DNA of 51,816 bases from a virus (Duplodnaviria; Heunggongvirae; Uroviricota; Caudoviricetes): IMG/VR virus record IMGVR_UViG_2627854066_000007; one strand, 5' to 3'. Below are positions 16,543 to 27,768 of the stretch, one piece after another. Every line of letters begins with the position of its first letter. The stretch's first letter is position 1. Position numbers and translations under genes: made by a program. The notes under the pieces are model-generated. The model was not told the origin of the DNA, did not search any database, and saw nothing but the letters and a program-made list of their open reading frames with translations.

Positions 16543-17295
16543 ATGAACCTTGAAGCCTTACCAAAATATTACTCCCCAAAATCTCCAAAATTGAGCGATG
16601 ACGCTCCAGCGACAGGCACCGGTTGTTTAACAATTACGGATGTAATGGCAGCGCAGGGGATGGTGCAGTCGAAAGCACCACTTGGGTTGGCCTTATTTCT
16701 GGCAAAAGTTGGTGTTCAGGACCCTCAGTTTGCGATTGAAGGCCTGCTAAATTACGCGATGGCACTGGATAACCCGACATTGAACAAATTGAGTGAAGAA
16801 ATCCGGTTACAGATTATTCCTTACCTCGTGAATTTTGCCTTTGCTGATTACTCCAGGTCTGCGGCAAGTAAGGCTCGCTGTGAGCATTGTTCAGGTACGG
16901 GATTTTATAATGTATTGCGCGAAGTGGTGAAACACTACAGACGCGGGGAATCTGTAATCAAGGAAGAATGGGTGAAGGAACTATGTCAGCATTGCCATGG
17001 TAAGGGCGAAGTCAGCACAGCGTGCAGAGGGTGTAAGGGTAAAGGGATTGTTCTGGATGAAAAAAGAACCCGGTTTCATGGCGTACCGGTATATAAGATT
17101 TGTGGGCGTTGTAATGGAAACCGATTTAGTCGTTTACCGACCACGCTGGCACGACGTCATGTCCAGAAGCTGGTACCAGACCTGACCGATTATCAGTGGT
17201 ATAAGGGGTATGCGGACGTCATTGATAAACTGGTAACAAAGTGCTGGCAGGAAGAAGCATACGCGGAAGCGCAATTGAGGAAGGTGACGAGATAA
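16543..17295 (+). CDS. quuQ: Late-gene antiterminator Q
   Basis: 250-aa ORF with Cys-rich zinc-binding region (CEHCSGTG...CQHCHGKG...CRGCKGKG...CGRCNG), followed by a strong terminator as expected for a qut/tR' unit. Confidence 0.8.
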   Translation: MNLEALPKYYSPKSPKLSDDAPATGTGCLTITDVMAAQGMVQSKAPLGLALFLAKVGVQDPQFAIEGLLNYAMALDNPTLNKLSEEIRLQIIPYLVNFAFADYSRSAASKARCEHCSGTGFYNVLREVVKHYRRGESVIKEEWVKELCQHCHGKGEVSTACRGCKGKGIVLDEKRTRFHGVPVYKICGRCNGNRFSRLPTTLARRHVQKLVPDLTDYQWYKGYADVIDKLVTKCWQEEAYAEAQLRKVTR

Positions 17296-17402
17296 ATGAT
17301 TTTTGCTGAAGATGGCGACATGATGTTTGCATTTTTCAAAAAACATGGATAAGATTCTCTCAACGATGGGCTTTGTGTATCCGACGTTTAGAAAAAAGTA
17401 GA

Positions 17403-17428
17403 AAACCCGCTTATAAGCGGGTTTTTGT
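17403..17428 (+). terminator. Rho-independent terminator (tR'-like) downstream of Q
   Basis: AAACCCGCTTATAAGCGGGTTTTT hairpin plus T-run ~110 nt after the Q stop. Confidence 0.55.
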
Positions 17429-17464
17429 GCTTTAAATGGGGCAATAGAGATATTGAATCTCATC

Positions 17465-17662
17465 CCGGGATAAACATTGGCAGTTGAAGGTCCACGCGAA
17501 CCATTTATCCGGCAAAATTCCACGCGTAATCCTGTGGTAATTTCTTCTGCATCTCGAAGATTGAGAGCTGAAACGTGAAGCTGGGCATCGATACGCCATC
17601 GGATGGGAATATAAGACCTTTGCTGCTTTTGTAGTCAAAGTTTTTGACAATTCCTGTCATTT
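17465..17662 (-). pseudogene. cspF: cspF-like cold-shock gene with frameshift
   Basis: Minus strand encodes [22 protein letters not shown], then the csp-like continuation [42 protein letters not shown] is only recovered after a 1-nt frame change following GATGGC. Confidence 0.6.
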
Positions 17663-17970
17663 TAGGGGACAGAAAAACTCCTTAATACTGATAACCTGGT
17701 GCACCATACACACGTTCCTGGAGAAAACTACTTTTTTGATAGGGTTGAAGGTGGCTGGATGTCTAAAATAAACATTGCTTCATATGTTCAACTATGAGTT
17801 AATGACTGCGTCGGTTTGAAGAACAGACGATATACGAAGTAGTTTACTAAAGCAGTTCTCATTTCAGGTGTTATTCACTTATTCCTTCTTTGAGTCTCTC
17901 CAATTAAGTACGAAGTCGTTTCTGTTATGCAAACCATTTATGCCGAAAGGCTCAAGTTAAGGAATGTAGA

Positions 17971-18186
17971 ATGTCAAATAAAATGACTGGTTTAGTAAAA
18001 TGGTTTAACGCTGATAAAGGTTTCGGCTTTATTTCTCCTGTTGATGGTAGTAAAGATGTGTTTGTGCATTTTTCTGCGATTCAGAATGATAATTATCGAA
18101 CCTTATTTGAAGGTCAAAAGGTTACCTTCTCTATAGAGAGTGGTGCTAAAGGTCCTGCAGCAGTAAATGTCATCATTACTGATTAA
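17971..18186 (+). CDS. cspB: Cold-shock protein CspB-like
   Basis: 71-aa [41 protein letters not shown]... with RNP1/RNP2 cold-shock-domain motifs; long AT-rich 5' leader. Confidence 0.85.
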   Translation: MSNKMTGLVKWFNADKGFGFISPVDGSKDVFVHFSAIQNDNYRTLFEGQKVTFSIESGAKGPAAVNVIITD

Positions 18187-18467
18187 AATTCATCGCTCGT
18201 CTGTATACGATAACGAAGAAGGCTGATGCCTGAGTAGAGATACGGACAGAGTAGTGAATATTGGATCTCTTTAATAAAAAGTAAGGAGGTCCAATACATG
18301 AAACAATGGCCAGCATATTTGGCAAAATCTTAATCAGGAAAAGTATGCTAACCATTGTGGTGAAGTGCAGGTTTGCTGCATGAATAGTTTTACAGCAGAA
18401 GCTAACTGCTGGCATGGCAAAACAAAGTGCGTAAGTGGATGACTCCCACAAAAAGCACCACAATCTC

Positions 18468-18490
18468 AAACCCGCTCAGGCGGGTTTTTT
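18468..18490. terminator. Hairpin terminator (possibly bidirectional)
   Basis: AAACCCGCTCAGGCGGGTTTTTT, with an A-run on the 5' side and a T-run on the 3' side. Confidence 0.45.
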
Positions 18491-18549
18491 ATTATCTGCT
18501 TTAAATATATTATTAAAATATAAAAAATACTTGTTACTAATAAAATCAA

Positions 18550-18720
18550 TCAGGCTACAGCTTTAAGATTTGTCTGGAATACTTTGTTGCAATGAGGGCA
18601 GATCAAAAGGGCACCTTTTTGTACTCTTGAAAAACTGTGTTCTGACTCTTGGGTGCAGTTTGGGCAGGAACATTTAACGAGATAATTACGGCGTGATTTT
18701 GAGTCTTTACGTTCTGACAT
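18550..18720 (-). CDS. Small zinc-ribbon protein (56 aa)
   Basis: ORF from MSERKDSKSRRNYLVKCSCPNCTQESEHSFSRVQKGALLICPHCNKV with two CxxC pairs. Confidence 0.45.
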   Translation of the reverse strand: MSERKDSKSRRNYLVKCSCPNCTQESEHSFSRVQKGALLICPHCNKVFQTNLKAVA

Positions 18721-18939
18721 AGGCTTTTCCTGTATAAATGGCCGTATACAGTACACTAAATATGAAAACATTTCTCGTATTATTATTTTATATATGACTT
18801 TCTTTCAAAATAATTACTCACATTTTTAATGTGTATGTTTCTTTAGCGCCGTTGAGAACAACGTGTGCTGTCAAAACTACCCCGTAGACTCCGATCTTTT
18901 CAAACATATTGCACCATCCGTGTACATCGGGGTGAGGAT

Positions 18940-19155
18940 ATGAAATCAATGGATAAGTTAACAACAGGTGTTGCCTATGGCACATCGGCGGGTAATGCTG
19001 GTTTCTGGGCATTGCAGTTACTCGATAAAGTAACTCCGTCACAGTGGGCTGCAATCGGTGTGCTGGGTAGCCTGGTTTTTGGCCTGCTGACGTATCTGAC
19101 AAATCTTTATTTCAAGATTAAAGAAGACAGGCGTAAGGCTGCGAGAGGAGAGTAA
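18940..19155 (+). CDS. essQ: Holin (lambda S-like class II)
   Basis: 71-aa ORF with two hydrophobic segments and a charged C-terminus ([13 protein letters not shown]); first gene of the lysis cassette. Confidence 0.8.
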   Translation: MKSMDKLTTGVAYGTSAGNAGFWALQLLDKVTPSQWAAIGVLGSLVFGLLTYLTNLYFKIKEDRRKAARGE

Positions 19156-19159
19156 TCCA

Positions 19160-19467
19160 ATGACTCAAGACTATGAACTGGTTGTGAAAGGAGTCCGTAA
19201 TTTTGAGAATAAAGTTACGGTAACTGTAGCCTTACAGGACAAAGAACGCTTTGACGGTGAAATTTTTGACCTGGATGTCGCCATGGACCGTGTTGAAGGA
19301 GCTGCGCTGGAGTTTTATGAGGCAGCAGCCAGAAGGAGCGTCCGGCAAGTCTTCCTGGAAGTAGCAGAAAAATTGTCAGAAAAAGTTGAGTCTTATCTGC
19401 AGCATCAGTACTCCTTTAAGATTGAAAATCCTGCCAATAAGCACGAGCGTCCTCATCATAAATATCT

Positions 19468-19471
<4 letters not shown>
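19160..19471 (+). CDS. ydfR: YdfR-like protein (DUF1327)
   Basis: 103-aa ORF between holin and lysozyme, as in K-12 Qin. Confidence 0.65.
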
Positions 19472-20495
<1,024 letters not shown>

Positions 20496-20859
20496 GGTAA
20501 TATTAAATCGGAACATTTACATCGCGGAATGTAAAATTTAAATAAAAAGGACTCTTCCATGAGCCAAAATTCCTGAAATCTTAAGGGTAAGATAAAAGGT
20601 CTTAATCAGAATGACACGTTTTATTAATAAATAAAGCTATTCTTTCATTGCTGTGTTTTTCTTTACAAAAGTAATCCTTGCTATGGGTGGTTAATCATGC
20701 GTTAATGGTGTTCTGGTTTGTTACAAATTTATCTGAAGCAGTCATTTTTATAATTTTATTATTTGTACCTCTTGAGATTTCCTTGTTGGTTTTTCTCTCT
20801 GATATTTTTTTTTTCGGACCATTCTGCCCAAGGGCTAATTTCTTCAAAAGGTAATAATT

Positions 20860-21072
20860 ATGTCTAACAAAATGACTGGTTTAGTGAAATGGTTTAACCC
20901 TGAAAAAGGTTTTGGTTTCATCACGCCGAAAGATGGCAGCAAAGATGTGTTTGTCCATTTCTCAGCAATTCAGAGCAACGATTTCAAAACATTAACTGAG
21001 AATCAGGAAGTTGAATTTGGTATTGAGAACGGACCTAAAGGTCCTGCCGCTGTTCATGTAGTGGCGCTTTGA
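20860..21072 (+). CDS. cspI: Cold-shock protein CspI-like
   Basis: 70-aa [41 protein letters not shown]...; long AT-rich leader upstream. Confidence 0.85.
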   Translation: MSNKMTGLVKWFNPEKGFGFITPKDGSKDVFVHFSAIQSNDFKTLTENQEVEFGIENGPKGPAAVHVVAL

Positions 21073-21343
21073 GGTAGACAATATTACAAACCATATTCAC
21101 TTTAGATGCCCGTGTTGTCATGGTTCCCAGTATAGAACATCATCTTTTGATGTTTCTGACATGAATCCTTTCGGGGCAAAATGTATCTTTTGTAAATCAA
21201 TGATGATTACATTTGATAATATTTCACAATACTTAAATGCCAGCCGTCTGTCGTTGGATTTAAAAAAGTGAAAATGAAGGCTCCTTCGGGAGCTTTTTTG
21301 CTTGGTGTCTATTCGATGGATACTCACATACTACGGTAACATC

Positions 21344-21574
21344 ATGAAAAAAATCATAGTTTTTTTTAACTCTGAACCAGCAGTGGTAGTGTCAGCGATG
21401 ACTGGAGTTAACACCATCATGCGTGAATATCCAAATGGCGAAAAAACACACCTTACTGTAATGGCCGCAGGGTTTCCATCTCTGACCGGAGATCATAAAG
21501 TCATTTATGTAGCCGCGGATCGACATGTTACTTCAGAAGAAATTCTGGAAGCAGCAATAAGGCTCTTGAGTTGA
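21344..21574 (+). CDS. Hypothetical small protein (76 aa)
   Basis: ORF from MKKIIVFFNSEP...; no family recognised. Confidence 0.35.
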   Translation: MKKIIVFFNSEPAVVVSAMTGVNTIMREYPNGEKTHLTVMAAGFPSLTGDHKVIYVAADRHVTSEEILEAAIRLLS

Positions 21575-21745
21575 TTTGATGCTATTGCATTGATAATTCA
21601 GGAAAATTCTCTTTGTCTGTTTGTGTAAAATTTAGACTATCGTATGTTGATTATTGCGATGTTTCATCTTATCTTTTACACGTTTGCACCATATAATCGA
21701 CTTACTGTGTAACTGGAAAGTCATAACAGACTAAAAGAGGAAATG

Positions 21746-21919
21746 ATGAATATTGAAGACTTAAAAACAAAAGCAGAAGCAGATATTTCTGAATATATAA
21801 CAAAAAAAATTATTGAACTTAAGAAAAAGACCGGGAAAGAAGTTACCAGTATTCAGTTTACCGCACGGGAAAAAATGACGGGTCTTGAAAGCTATGATGT
21901 CAAGATTAATTTAATCTGA
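21746..21919 (+). CDS. gnsB: GnsB-like small protein
   Basis: 57-aa ORF MNIEDLKTKAEADISEYITKKIIELKKKTGKEVTSIQFTAREKMTGLESYDVKINLI, below the track's 60-aa cutoff but matching GnsA/GnsB. Confidence 0.65.
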   Translation: MNIEDLKTKAEADISEYITKKIIELKKKTGKEVTSIQFTAREKMTGLESYDVKINLI

Positions 21920-22070
21920 TGTATTCAATAATAAAGTTTATCCATAAACCTCGTTTTTACGGGGTTTTGTTATATTTGAATGGTTCCGAATATCTAAATC
22001 ACAATTGTTGATGGTTTTTATTAAACCAATGCAGTCCGGCTCAGGAGTGAGAGAAGCCGGACGTTATGGT

Positions 22071-22481
22071 TTAGCGTGGTAAGATCTGTGTAGTTTTCTG
22101 GATGCTTTCAGTAAATAGTAATGAGTTATCAAAGGCATAGTAATATCTTTGGTGTTCCTGGATATTTGTAACCCATCGGAAAACTCCTGCTTTAGCAAGA
22201 TTTTCCCTGTATTGTTGAAATGTGATTTCTTTTGATTTCAACTTATTATAGGAGGTCTCTATAAGATGTTTGTTTCTGGAGAATTTAACATTTACAACCT
22301 TTTTGAGTCCTTTTACTAACACTATGTTGTCGTTTTCTAACACAATGTGAATATTATCTGTGGCTAAATAGTAAATATAAAGTGAGACATTGTGACGTTT
22401 TAGCTCAGAATAAAATAATTCACAGTTTAAATCTTTACGCACTTGATCGAATATTTCTTTAAAAATGGCAGCCTGAGCCAT
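22071..22481 (-). CDS. ydfO: YdfO-like protein (DUF1398)
   Basis: 136-aa ORF from internal Met [17 protein letters not shown]...; the longer 174-aa upstream start is probably not used. Confidence 0.55.
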   Translation of the reverse strand: MAQAAIFKEIFDQVRKDLNCELFYSELKRHNVSLYIYYLATDNIHIVLENDNIVLVKGLKKVVNVKFSRNKHLIETSYNKLKSKEITFQQYRENLAKAGVFRWVTNIQEHQRYYYAFDNSLLFTESIQKTTQILPR

Positions 22482-22681
22482 TGGTAAACCTTCCATGTGA
22501 TACGATGGCGCGTAGTTTGCGTAACAAAGTTGAGCCTTGCTGGCATCCAGGAGGGATATGCAACCGACAGATGTATGTAAGGTCGATGTACTCAAACTTT
22601 CATACTTTTCCTCTTTTATGCAGAAAGATTTGAAGTAATATTTTAACCGCTAGATGACGAGCAAACGCATGGAGCGACAAA

Positions 22682-22888
22682 ATGAATAAAGAACAATCTG
22701 CTGATGAACTCTCGTTGGATCTGATTCGTGTAAAAAATATGCTTAATAGCACCATTTCTATGAGTTACCCGGATGTTGTAATCGCATGTATAGAACATCA
22801 GGTGTCTCTGGAAGCATTCAGGGCAATTGAGGCAGCGTTGGTGAAGCACGATAAGAATTCGAAGGATTATTCCCTGGTGGTTGACTGA
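22682..22888 (+). CDS. Hypothetical small protein (68 aa)
   Basis: ORF upstream of cos; no family recognised. Confidence 0.35.
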   Translation: MNKEQSADELSLDLIRVKNMLNSTISMSYPDVVIACIEHQVSLEAFRAIEAALVKHDKNSKDYSLVVD

Positions 22889-23199
22889 GCACCATAACTG
22901 CTAATCATTCAAACTATTTAACCTGTGACAGAGTCAATGTCGCATTCTGTCACTGTCAGGCTAATACAGAGCTGCAATTCAACTACTGCAATGTCCTCGT
23001 AATTAGGTGAATTTACATATCGTCCTGTTCGGATGCCGGCTGCATTGCTGAAGATGAGGCATTTATGGTTCGCATATTTTCCCCTCATGCTCGTCAGTCC
23101 TGTGCGTAGGAAGAAACAGGACACTCACACTAATTTGTGTGGGCATGCTGTGATGTCCTTCTGAATTATTCCTATGCCATTATGTAAAGCGCTGTATCA

Positions 23200-23330
23200 G
23201 ATGCTCGTCACGGCTGTCAGGCTGTCGGGTCCTCCCGGTGGGGGCCCCTGCCACGGGGCGGGAGCGTCGCGGAAAAAGGCTAGTTTTTGAAATTTCATTC
23301 GTCATCACCACTACTGTAATAGATTGATAT
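23200..23330. other. cos region (cohesive-end packaging site)
   Basis: CCACGGGGCGGGAGCGTCGCGG at 23251-23272 resembles the lambda cosN sequence as I recall it (ACGGGGCGGCGACCTCGCGG); lies just upstream of the small terminase gene. Confidence 0.5.
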
Positions 23331-23441
23331 TACAGTGTTTTTATTTTTGTGGTGTCGATTTTGATTGTTTTTTGTTCATCACTAACACCGTTTGCCTAAA
23401 GTTGTTCGCAAGATGCATGTTTAAAACATTCTGGAGCGGGT

Positions 23442-23936
23442 ATGGATCGAGAGTTAAAAAATCTGACGCTGAATATCAGTCAACTGGCGGCACTGTCAGG
23501 TGTACATCGCCAGACTGCTGCGGCAAGGCTGCAAAATCTACCCGTTGCAGGGGGGCATGAAAGCAACCTCAAGCTTTATCGGGTGGTTGATATTGTGTCG
23601 GCATTTCTGGCATTACCACCGCCGGTTGCAGAAAGCGAAATGGATGCGCATGAGCGCAAAGCCTGGTATCAGTCTGAACGTGAGCGTCTTAAGTTCGAAC
23701 AGGAAACGGCACAACTCATTCCGGCCAGTGATGTCAGACGGGAGTTTGCCATCTGGGCAAAAGCGGTCGTGCAGGTGCTGGAGACATTACCGGATATTCT
23801 TGAACGTGACTGCGGTCTGCAGCCTGCCGCTGTGAGCCGTGTTCAGTCCATTATTGATGATCTGCGCGATCAGATAGCCCTGCGGGTGACTGAAGCAGGT
23901 GCGGATGATGAGGAGGAATTACAGCAGGAGGAGTAA
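23442..23936 (+). CDS. nohQ: Terminase small subunit (Nu1-like)
   Basis: 164-aa ORF with N-terminal HTH-like region and acidic C-terminus, directly upstream of the large terminase. Confidence 0.75.
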   Translation: MDRELKNLTLNISQLAALSGVHRQTAAARLQNLPVAGGHESNLKLYRVVDIVSAFLALPPPVAESEMDAHERKAWYQSERERLKFEQETAQLIPASDVRREFAIWAKAVVQVLETLPDILERDCGLQPAAVSRVQSIIDDLRDQIALRVTEAGADDEEELQQEE

Positions 23937-26038
23937 TGCTGAATCAGGAAACCGCAAAGGCAGCACGAACCGATTCAGGTTATATCCTTCGCGCACCGAG
24001 ACGAATGCGGGTTGCTGATGCCGTTGCTCAGTATATGCGGGTGCCCCTGGGGGCAGGGAACTCAGTCCCGTGGGATCCGCTGGTGGCACCGTATGTTATT
24101 GAGCCGATGAACTGCCTGGCCTCGCGTGAATACGACGCAGTGATATTTGTTGGCCCGGCACGAACCGGCAAGACTATCGGCCTGATTGACGGCTGGGTGA
24201 TTTACAACGTGATTTGCGATCCTGCTGATATGCTGATCATTCAGATGACGGAGGAAAAAGCCCGCGAACACTCCAAAAAACGACTCGCCAGAACGTTTCG
24301 CGTCAGCCCGGAAGTGGTCAGTCGCCTGAGTCCGAACAAAAATGACAACAACGTTTATGACAGAACATTCCTTGCTGGTAACTACCTGAAAATCGGCTGG
24401 CCGTCAGTCAATATCATGTCCTCATCAGATTATAAATGCGTCGCGCTGACGGATTATGACCGTTTTCCGGAAGATATTGATGGCGAGGGGGATGCTTTCT
24501 CTCTTGCCTCAAAACGTACCACAACATTTATGTCCAGTGGTATGACGCTGGTGGAGAGTTCCCCCGGCAGGGATGTGAAGGATGTGAAATGGCGACGGAC
24601 TTCACCGCATGAGGCTCCACCAACCACGGGGATACTGTCGCTCTATAACCGTGGTGATCGCCGTCGCTGGTACTGGCCCTGTCCATACTGTGGTGAGTAT
24701 TTTCAGCCCTGCGGCGATGTGGTTGCTGGTTTCCGTGATATTGCCGATCCCGTGCTGGCAAGTGAGGCGGCTTATATTCAGTGTCCTTCCTGTTCAGGAC
24801 GGATTATGCCTGAACAAAAACGTGAGCTGAACGGACGTGGGGTCTGGTTGCGGGATGGTGAATCCATCAATGCGGATGGCAGTCGTTATGGTGATCCCCG
24901 ACGCTCACGTATTGCGTCATTCTGGATGGAGGGGCCGGCAGCTGCTTACCAGACACTCTCGCAACTCGTTTACAAACTGCTTACTGCAGAACAGGAATAC
25001 GAGACAACCGGAAGTGAAGAAACACTCAAGACGGTTATCAATACCGACTGGGGATTACCTTATCTTCCCCGCGCCAGCATGGAGCAACGAAAAAGTGAAC
25101 TGCTTGAGCAGCGGGCAGAGCCAGTTCCTTCCCGCAGTGTGCCGGATGGCGTTAATTTCCTTGTGGCGACAGTGGATGTGCAGGCGGGACGTCATCGCCG
25201 TTTTGTGGTTCAGGTAACGGGCTATGGCAGCCGTGGCGAACGCTGGATTATTGATCGTTACAACATCACGCAGTCATTGCGCGGTGACAGCGACGGGGAG
25301 AGCCAGCGAATTGATCCGGCCAGCTATCCGGAAGACTGGGATGTCCTGCTGACGGATGTTTTTCATAAAAGCTGGCCGCTGGCCTCCGATCCTTCTCAAC
25401 AAATGCGACTGATGGCAATGGCGGTGGACTCCGGCGGTGAAGACGGGGTCACTGATAATGCCTATAAATTCTGGCGTCGTTGCCGTCGTGATGGCCTTGG
25501 TAAACGTATTTACCTGTTTAAGGGCGACAGCATCCGGCGCGCAAAACTGATCACCCGTACATTCCCTGATAACACCGGACGAACGGGCCGACGGGCGCAG
25601 GCCGCAGGTGATGTGCCGCTCTGGCTTCTTCAGACGGATGCACTGAAAGACCGGGTGAATAACGCGTTATGGCGTGACTCGCCAGGTCCCGGCTATGTGC
25701 ATTTCCCTGACTGGCTGGGGAGCTGGTTTTACGACGAACTGACGTATGAAGAGCGGAGCAGTGACGGGAAATGGAGTAAGCCAGGTCGCGGTGCCAACGA
25801 AGCTTTTGACCTGATGGTGTATGCCGAGGCTCTGGTCATTCTGCATGGATACGAAAAGATCCGCTGGCCGGATGCACCGGAGTGGGCGAGCCGGGAAACC
25901 TGGCTGGAGTGTGTCCCGGACAGTACCGAACCGTCACCCACACCGGAACCGGTATCCACGCCTGTTAAAAAACAAAAACGGAAGAAAACAGTAACTGACG
26001 ATGTTAACCCCTGGCTGACTTCCGGAGGATGGTTATGA
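23936..26038 (+). CDS. Terminase large subunit (lambda gpA-like)
   Basis: 700-aa ORF with Walker A-like VGPARTGKT and a C-terminal nuclease region. Confidence 0.9.
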   Translation: MLNQETAKAARTDSGYILRAPRRMRVADAVAQYMRVPLGAGNSVPWDPLVAPYVIEPMNCLASREYDAVIFVGPARTGKTIGLIDGWVIYNVICDPADMLIIQMTEEKAREHSKKRLARTFRVSPEVVSRLSPNKNDNNVYDRTFLAGNYLKIGWPSVNIMSSSDYKCVALTDYDRFPEDIDGEGDAFSLASKRTTTFMSSGMTLVESSPGRDVKDVKWRRTSPHEAPPTTGILSLYNRGDRRRWYWPCPYCGEYFQPCGDVVAGFRDIADPVLASEAAYIQCPSCSGRIMPEQKRELNGRGVWLRDGESINADGSRYGDPRRSRIASFWMEGPAAAYQTLSQLVYKLLTAEQEYETTGSEETLKTVINTDWGLPYLPRASMEQRKSELLEQRAEPVPSRSVPDGVNFLVATVDVQAGRHRRFVVQVTGYGSRGERWIIDRYNITQSLRGDSDGESQRIDPASYPEDWDVLLTDVFHKSWPLASDPSQQMRLMAMAVDSGGEDGVTDNAYKFWRRCRRDGLGKRIYLFKGDSIRRAKLITRTFPDNTGRTGRRAQAAGDVPLWLLQTDALKDRVNNALWRDSPGPGYVHFPDWLGSWFYDELTYEERSSDGKWSKPGRGANEAFDLMVYAEALVILHGYEKIRWPDAPEWASRETWLECVPDSTEPSPTPEPVSTPVKKQKRKKTVTDDVNPWLTSGGWL

Positions 26039-26247
26039 ATCAGAATGATATTGAAGCCATGATTCAGCGTTATACGGAAGCTGAAATGGCGGTGCTGGAC
26101 GGAAAATCCGTCACTTTTAATGGTCAGCAGATGACCATGGAAAACTTATCTGAGATCCGGCAGGGGCGGCAGGAGTGGGAGCGCCGCCTTGCGGCTCTGA
26201 TTACACGACGACGGGGGCATCCCGGGTACCGGCTGGCGAGGTTCTGA
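26029..26247 (+). CDS. Head-tail joining protein W-like
   Basis: 72-aa ORF between terminase and portal, C-terminal RRRGHPGY resembling lambda gpW. Confidence 0.65.
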   Translation: MVMNQNDIEAMIQRYTEAEMAVLDGKSVTFNGQQMTMENLSEIRQGRQEWERRLAALITRRRGHPGYRLARF

Positions 26248-27755
26248 TGGCAATTCTTGATGATGTGATTGGCGTTTTTTCACCAGGATGGAAAGCGGCA
26301 AGGCTGCGTTCCCGAGCGGTGATCCAGGCTTATGAGGCCGTAAAAACGACGCGGACACACAAAGCCCGACGGGAGAACCGAACTGCCGACCAGTTAAGCC
26401 AGTACGGGGCCGTGTCGTTACGTGAGCAGGCCCGTTACCTTGATAACAACCACGATCTGGTCATTGGTGTATTTGACAAGCTGGAAGAACGGGTGGTGGG
26501 GAAAAACGGGATTATTGTCGAGCCACATCCGGTATTACGCAATGGTGCCATTGCCCGTGACTTGGCAGCGGAGATACGTACCCGATGGAGTGAATGGTCT
26601 GTCAGTCCGGAAGTCACCGGGCAGTTTACCCGTCCGATGCTGGAACGTCTGATGCTGCGTACCTGGCTGCGCGATGGTGAGGTGTTTGCCCAGATGGTTT
26701 CCGGGCGCATAAACAGCCTGACGCCTTCTGCCGGTGTTCATTTCTGGCTGGAGGCGCTCGAGCCGGACTTTATTCCCATGACCAGTGATGAGAGCAACAG
26801 GCTGAATCAGGGCGTGTTTGTTGATGACTGGGGGCGTCCCGAAAAATATCTGGTGTATAAAAGTCGTCCTGTATCCGGACGGCAGATGGAAACCAAAGAA
26901 GTGGATGCAGAGCGAATGCTGCATCTTAAATTTGTTCGCCGTCTGCACCAGATGCGCGGGACGTCTTTATTGTCCGGTGTGCTGATCCGCCTCAGCGCCC
27001 TGAAAGAGTATGAAGATTCTGAGCTGACTGCAGCAAGGATCGCCGCTGCTCTGGGGATGTACATCCGGAAAGGCGACGGACAGAGCTATGAAACGGATGG
27101 TAATGACAGCAAGGAGAATGAACGCGAGCTTACCATTCAGCCAGGCATTATTTACGACGATCTGAAACCCGGCGAAGAAATCGGAATGGTGAAGTCGGAT
27201 CGTCCCAATCCTAACCTTGAAACTTTTCGTAATGGTCAGTTGCGTGCCGTGGCGGCGGGCAGTCGTCTGAGTTTTTCCAGTACGGCACGCAACTATAACG
27301 GCACTTACAGCGCCCAGCGTCAGGAACTGGTTGAGTCTACTGATGGCTACCTGATCCTGCAGGACTGGTTTATTGGTGCCGTCACCCGCCCGATGTATCG
27401 TGCATGGCTGAAACAGGCTGTGGCATCCGGTGTTATCAGGCTACCCCGCGATCTTGACCGTTCTTCACTGTATACCGCGGTGTATTCCGGACCAGTGATG
27501 CCGTGGATTGACCCTGTTAAGGAGGCTGAGGCCTGGAAAATCCAGATTCGTGGTGGAGCGGCGACAGAATCAGACTGGGTACGTGCTGGTGGTCGTAATC
27601 CGGATGATGTCAAACGTCGGCGCAAGGCCGAAATTGATGAAAACCGCAAGCTGGATCTGGTATTTGATACCGATCCGGCCAGTGATAAAGGAGGCAGCAG
27701 TGCCGCAACGAAACGACAGGAGCCGCAGCACACCGACGACCAGTCCGAAGAATAA
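26247..27755 (+). CDS. Portal protein (lambda gpB family)
   Basis: 502-aa ORF from MAILDD (ATG overlaps W stop as TGATG); position and size match the lambda-type portal. Confidence 0.85.
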   Translation: MAILDDVIGVFSPGWKAARLRSRAVIQAYEAVKTTRTHKARRENRTADQLSQYGAVSLREQARYLDNNHDLVIGVFDKLEERVVGKNGIIVEPHPVLRNGAIARDLAAEIRTRWSEWSVSPEVTGQFTRPMLERLMLRTWLRDGEVFAQMVSGRINSLTPSAGVHFWLEALEPDFIPMTSDESNRLNQGVFVDDWGRPEKYLVYKSRPVSGRQMETKEVDAERMLHLKFVRRLHQMRGTSLLSGVLIRLSALKEYEDSELTAARIAAALGMYIRKGDGQSYETDGNDSKENERELTIQPGIIYDDLKPGEEIGMVKSDRPNPNLETFRNGQLRAVAAGSRLSFSSTARNYNGTYSAQRQELVESTDGYLILQDWFIGAVTRPMYRAWLKQAVASGVIRLPRDLDRSSLYTAVYSGPVMPWIDPVKEAEAWKIQIRGGAATESDWVRAGGRNPDDVKRRRKAEIDENRKLDLVFDTDPASDKGGSSAATKRQEPQHTDDQSEE

Positions 27756-27768
27756 TTCCTGGTTCAGG

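Noticed and set aside
26435-27064. Minus-strand ORFs of 85-137 aa inside the portal gene
   Set aside because: Antisense to the portal gene, which is supported by size, position and translational coupling to W.
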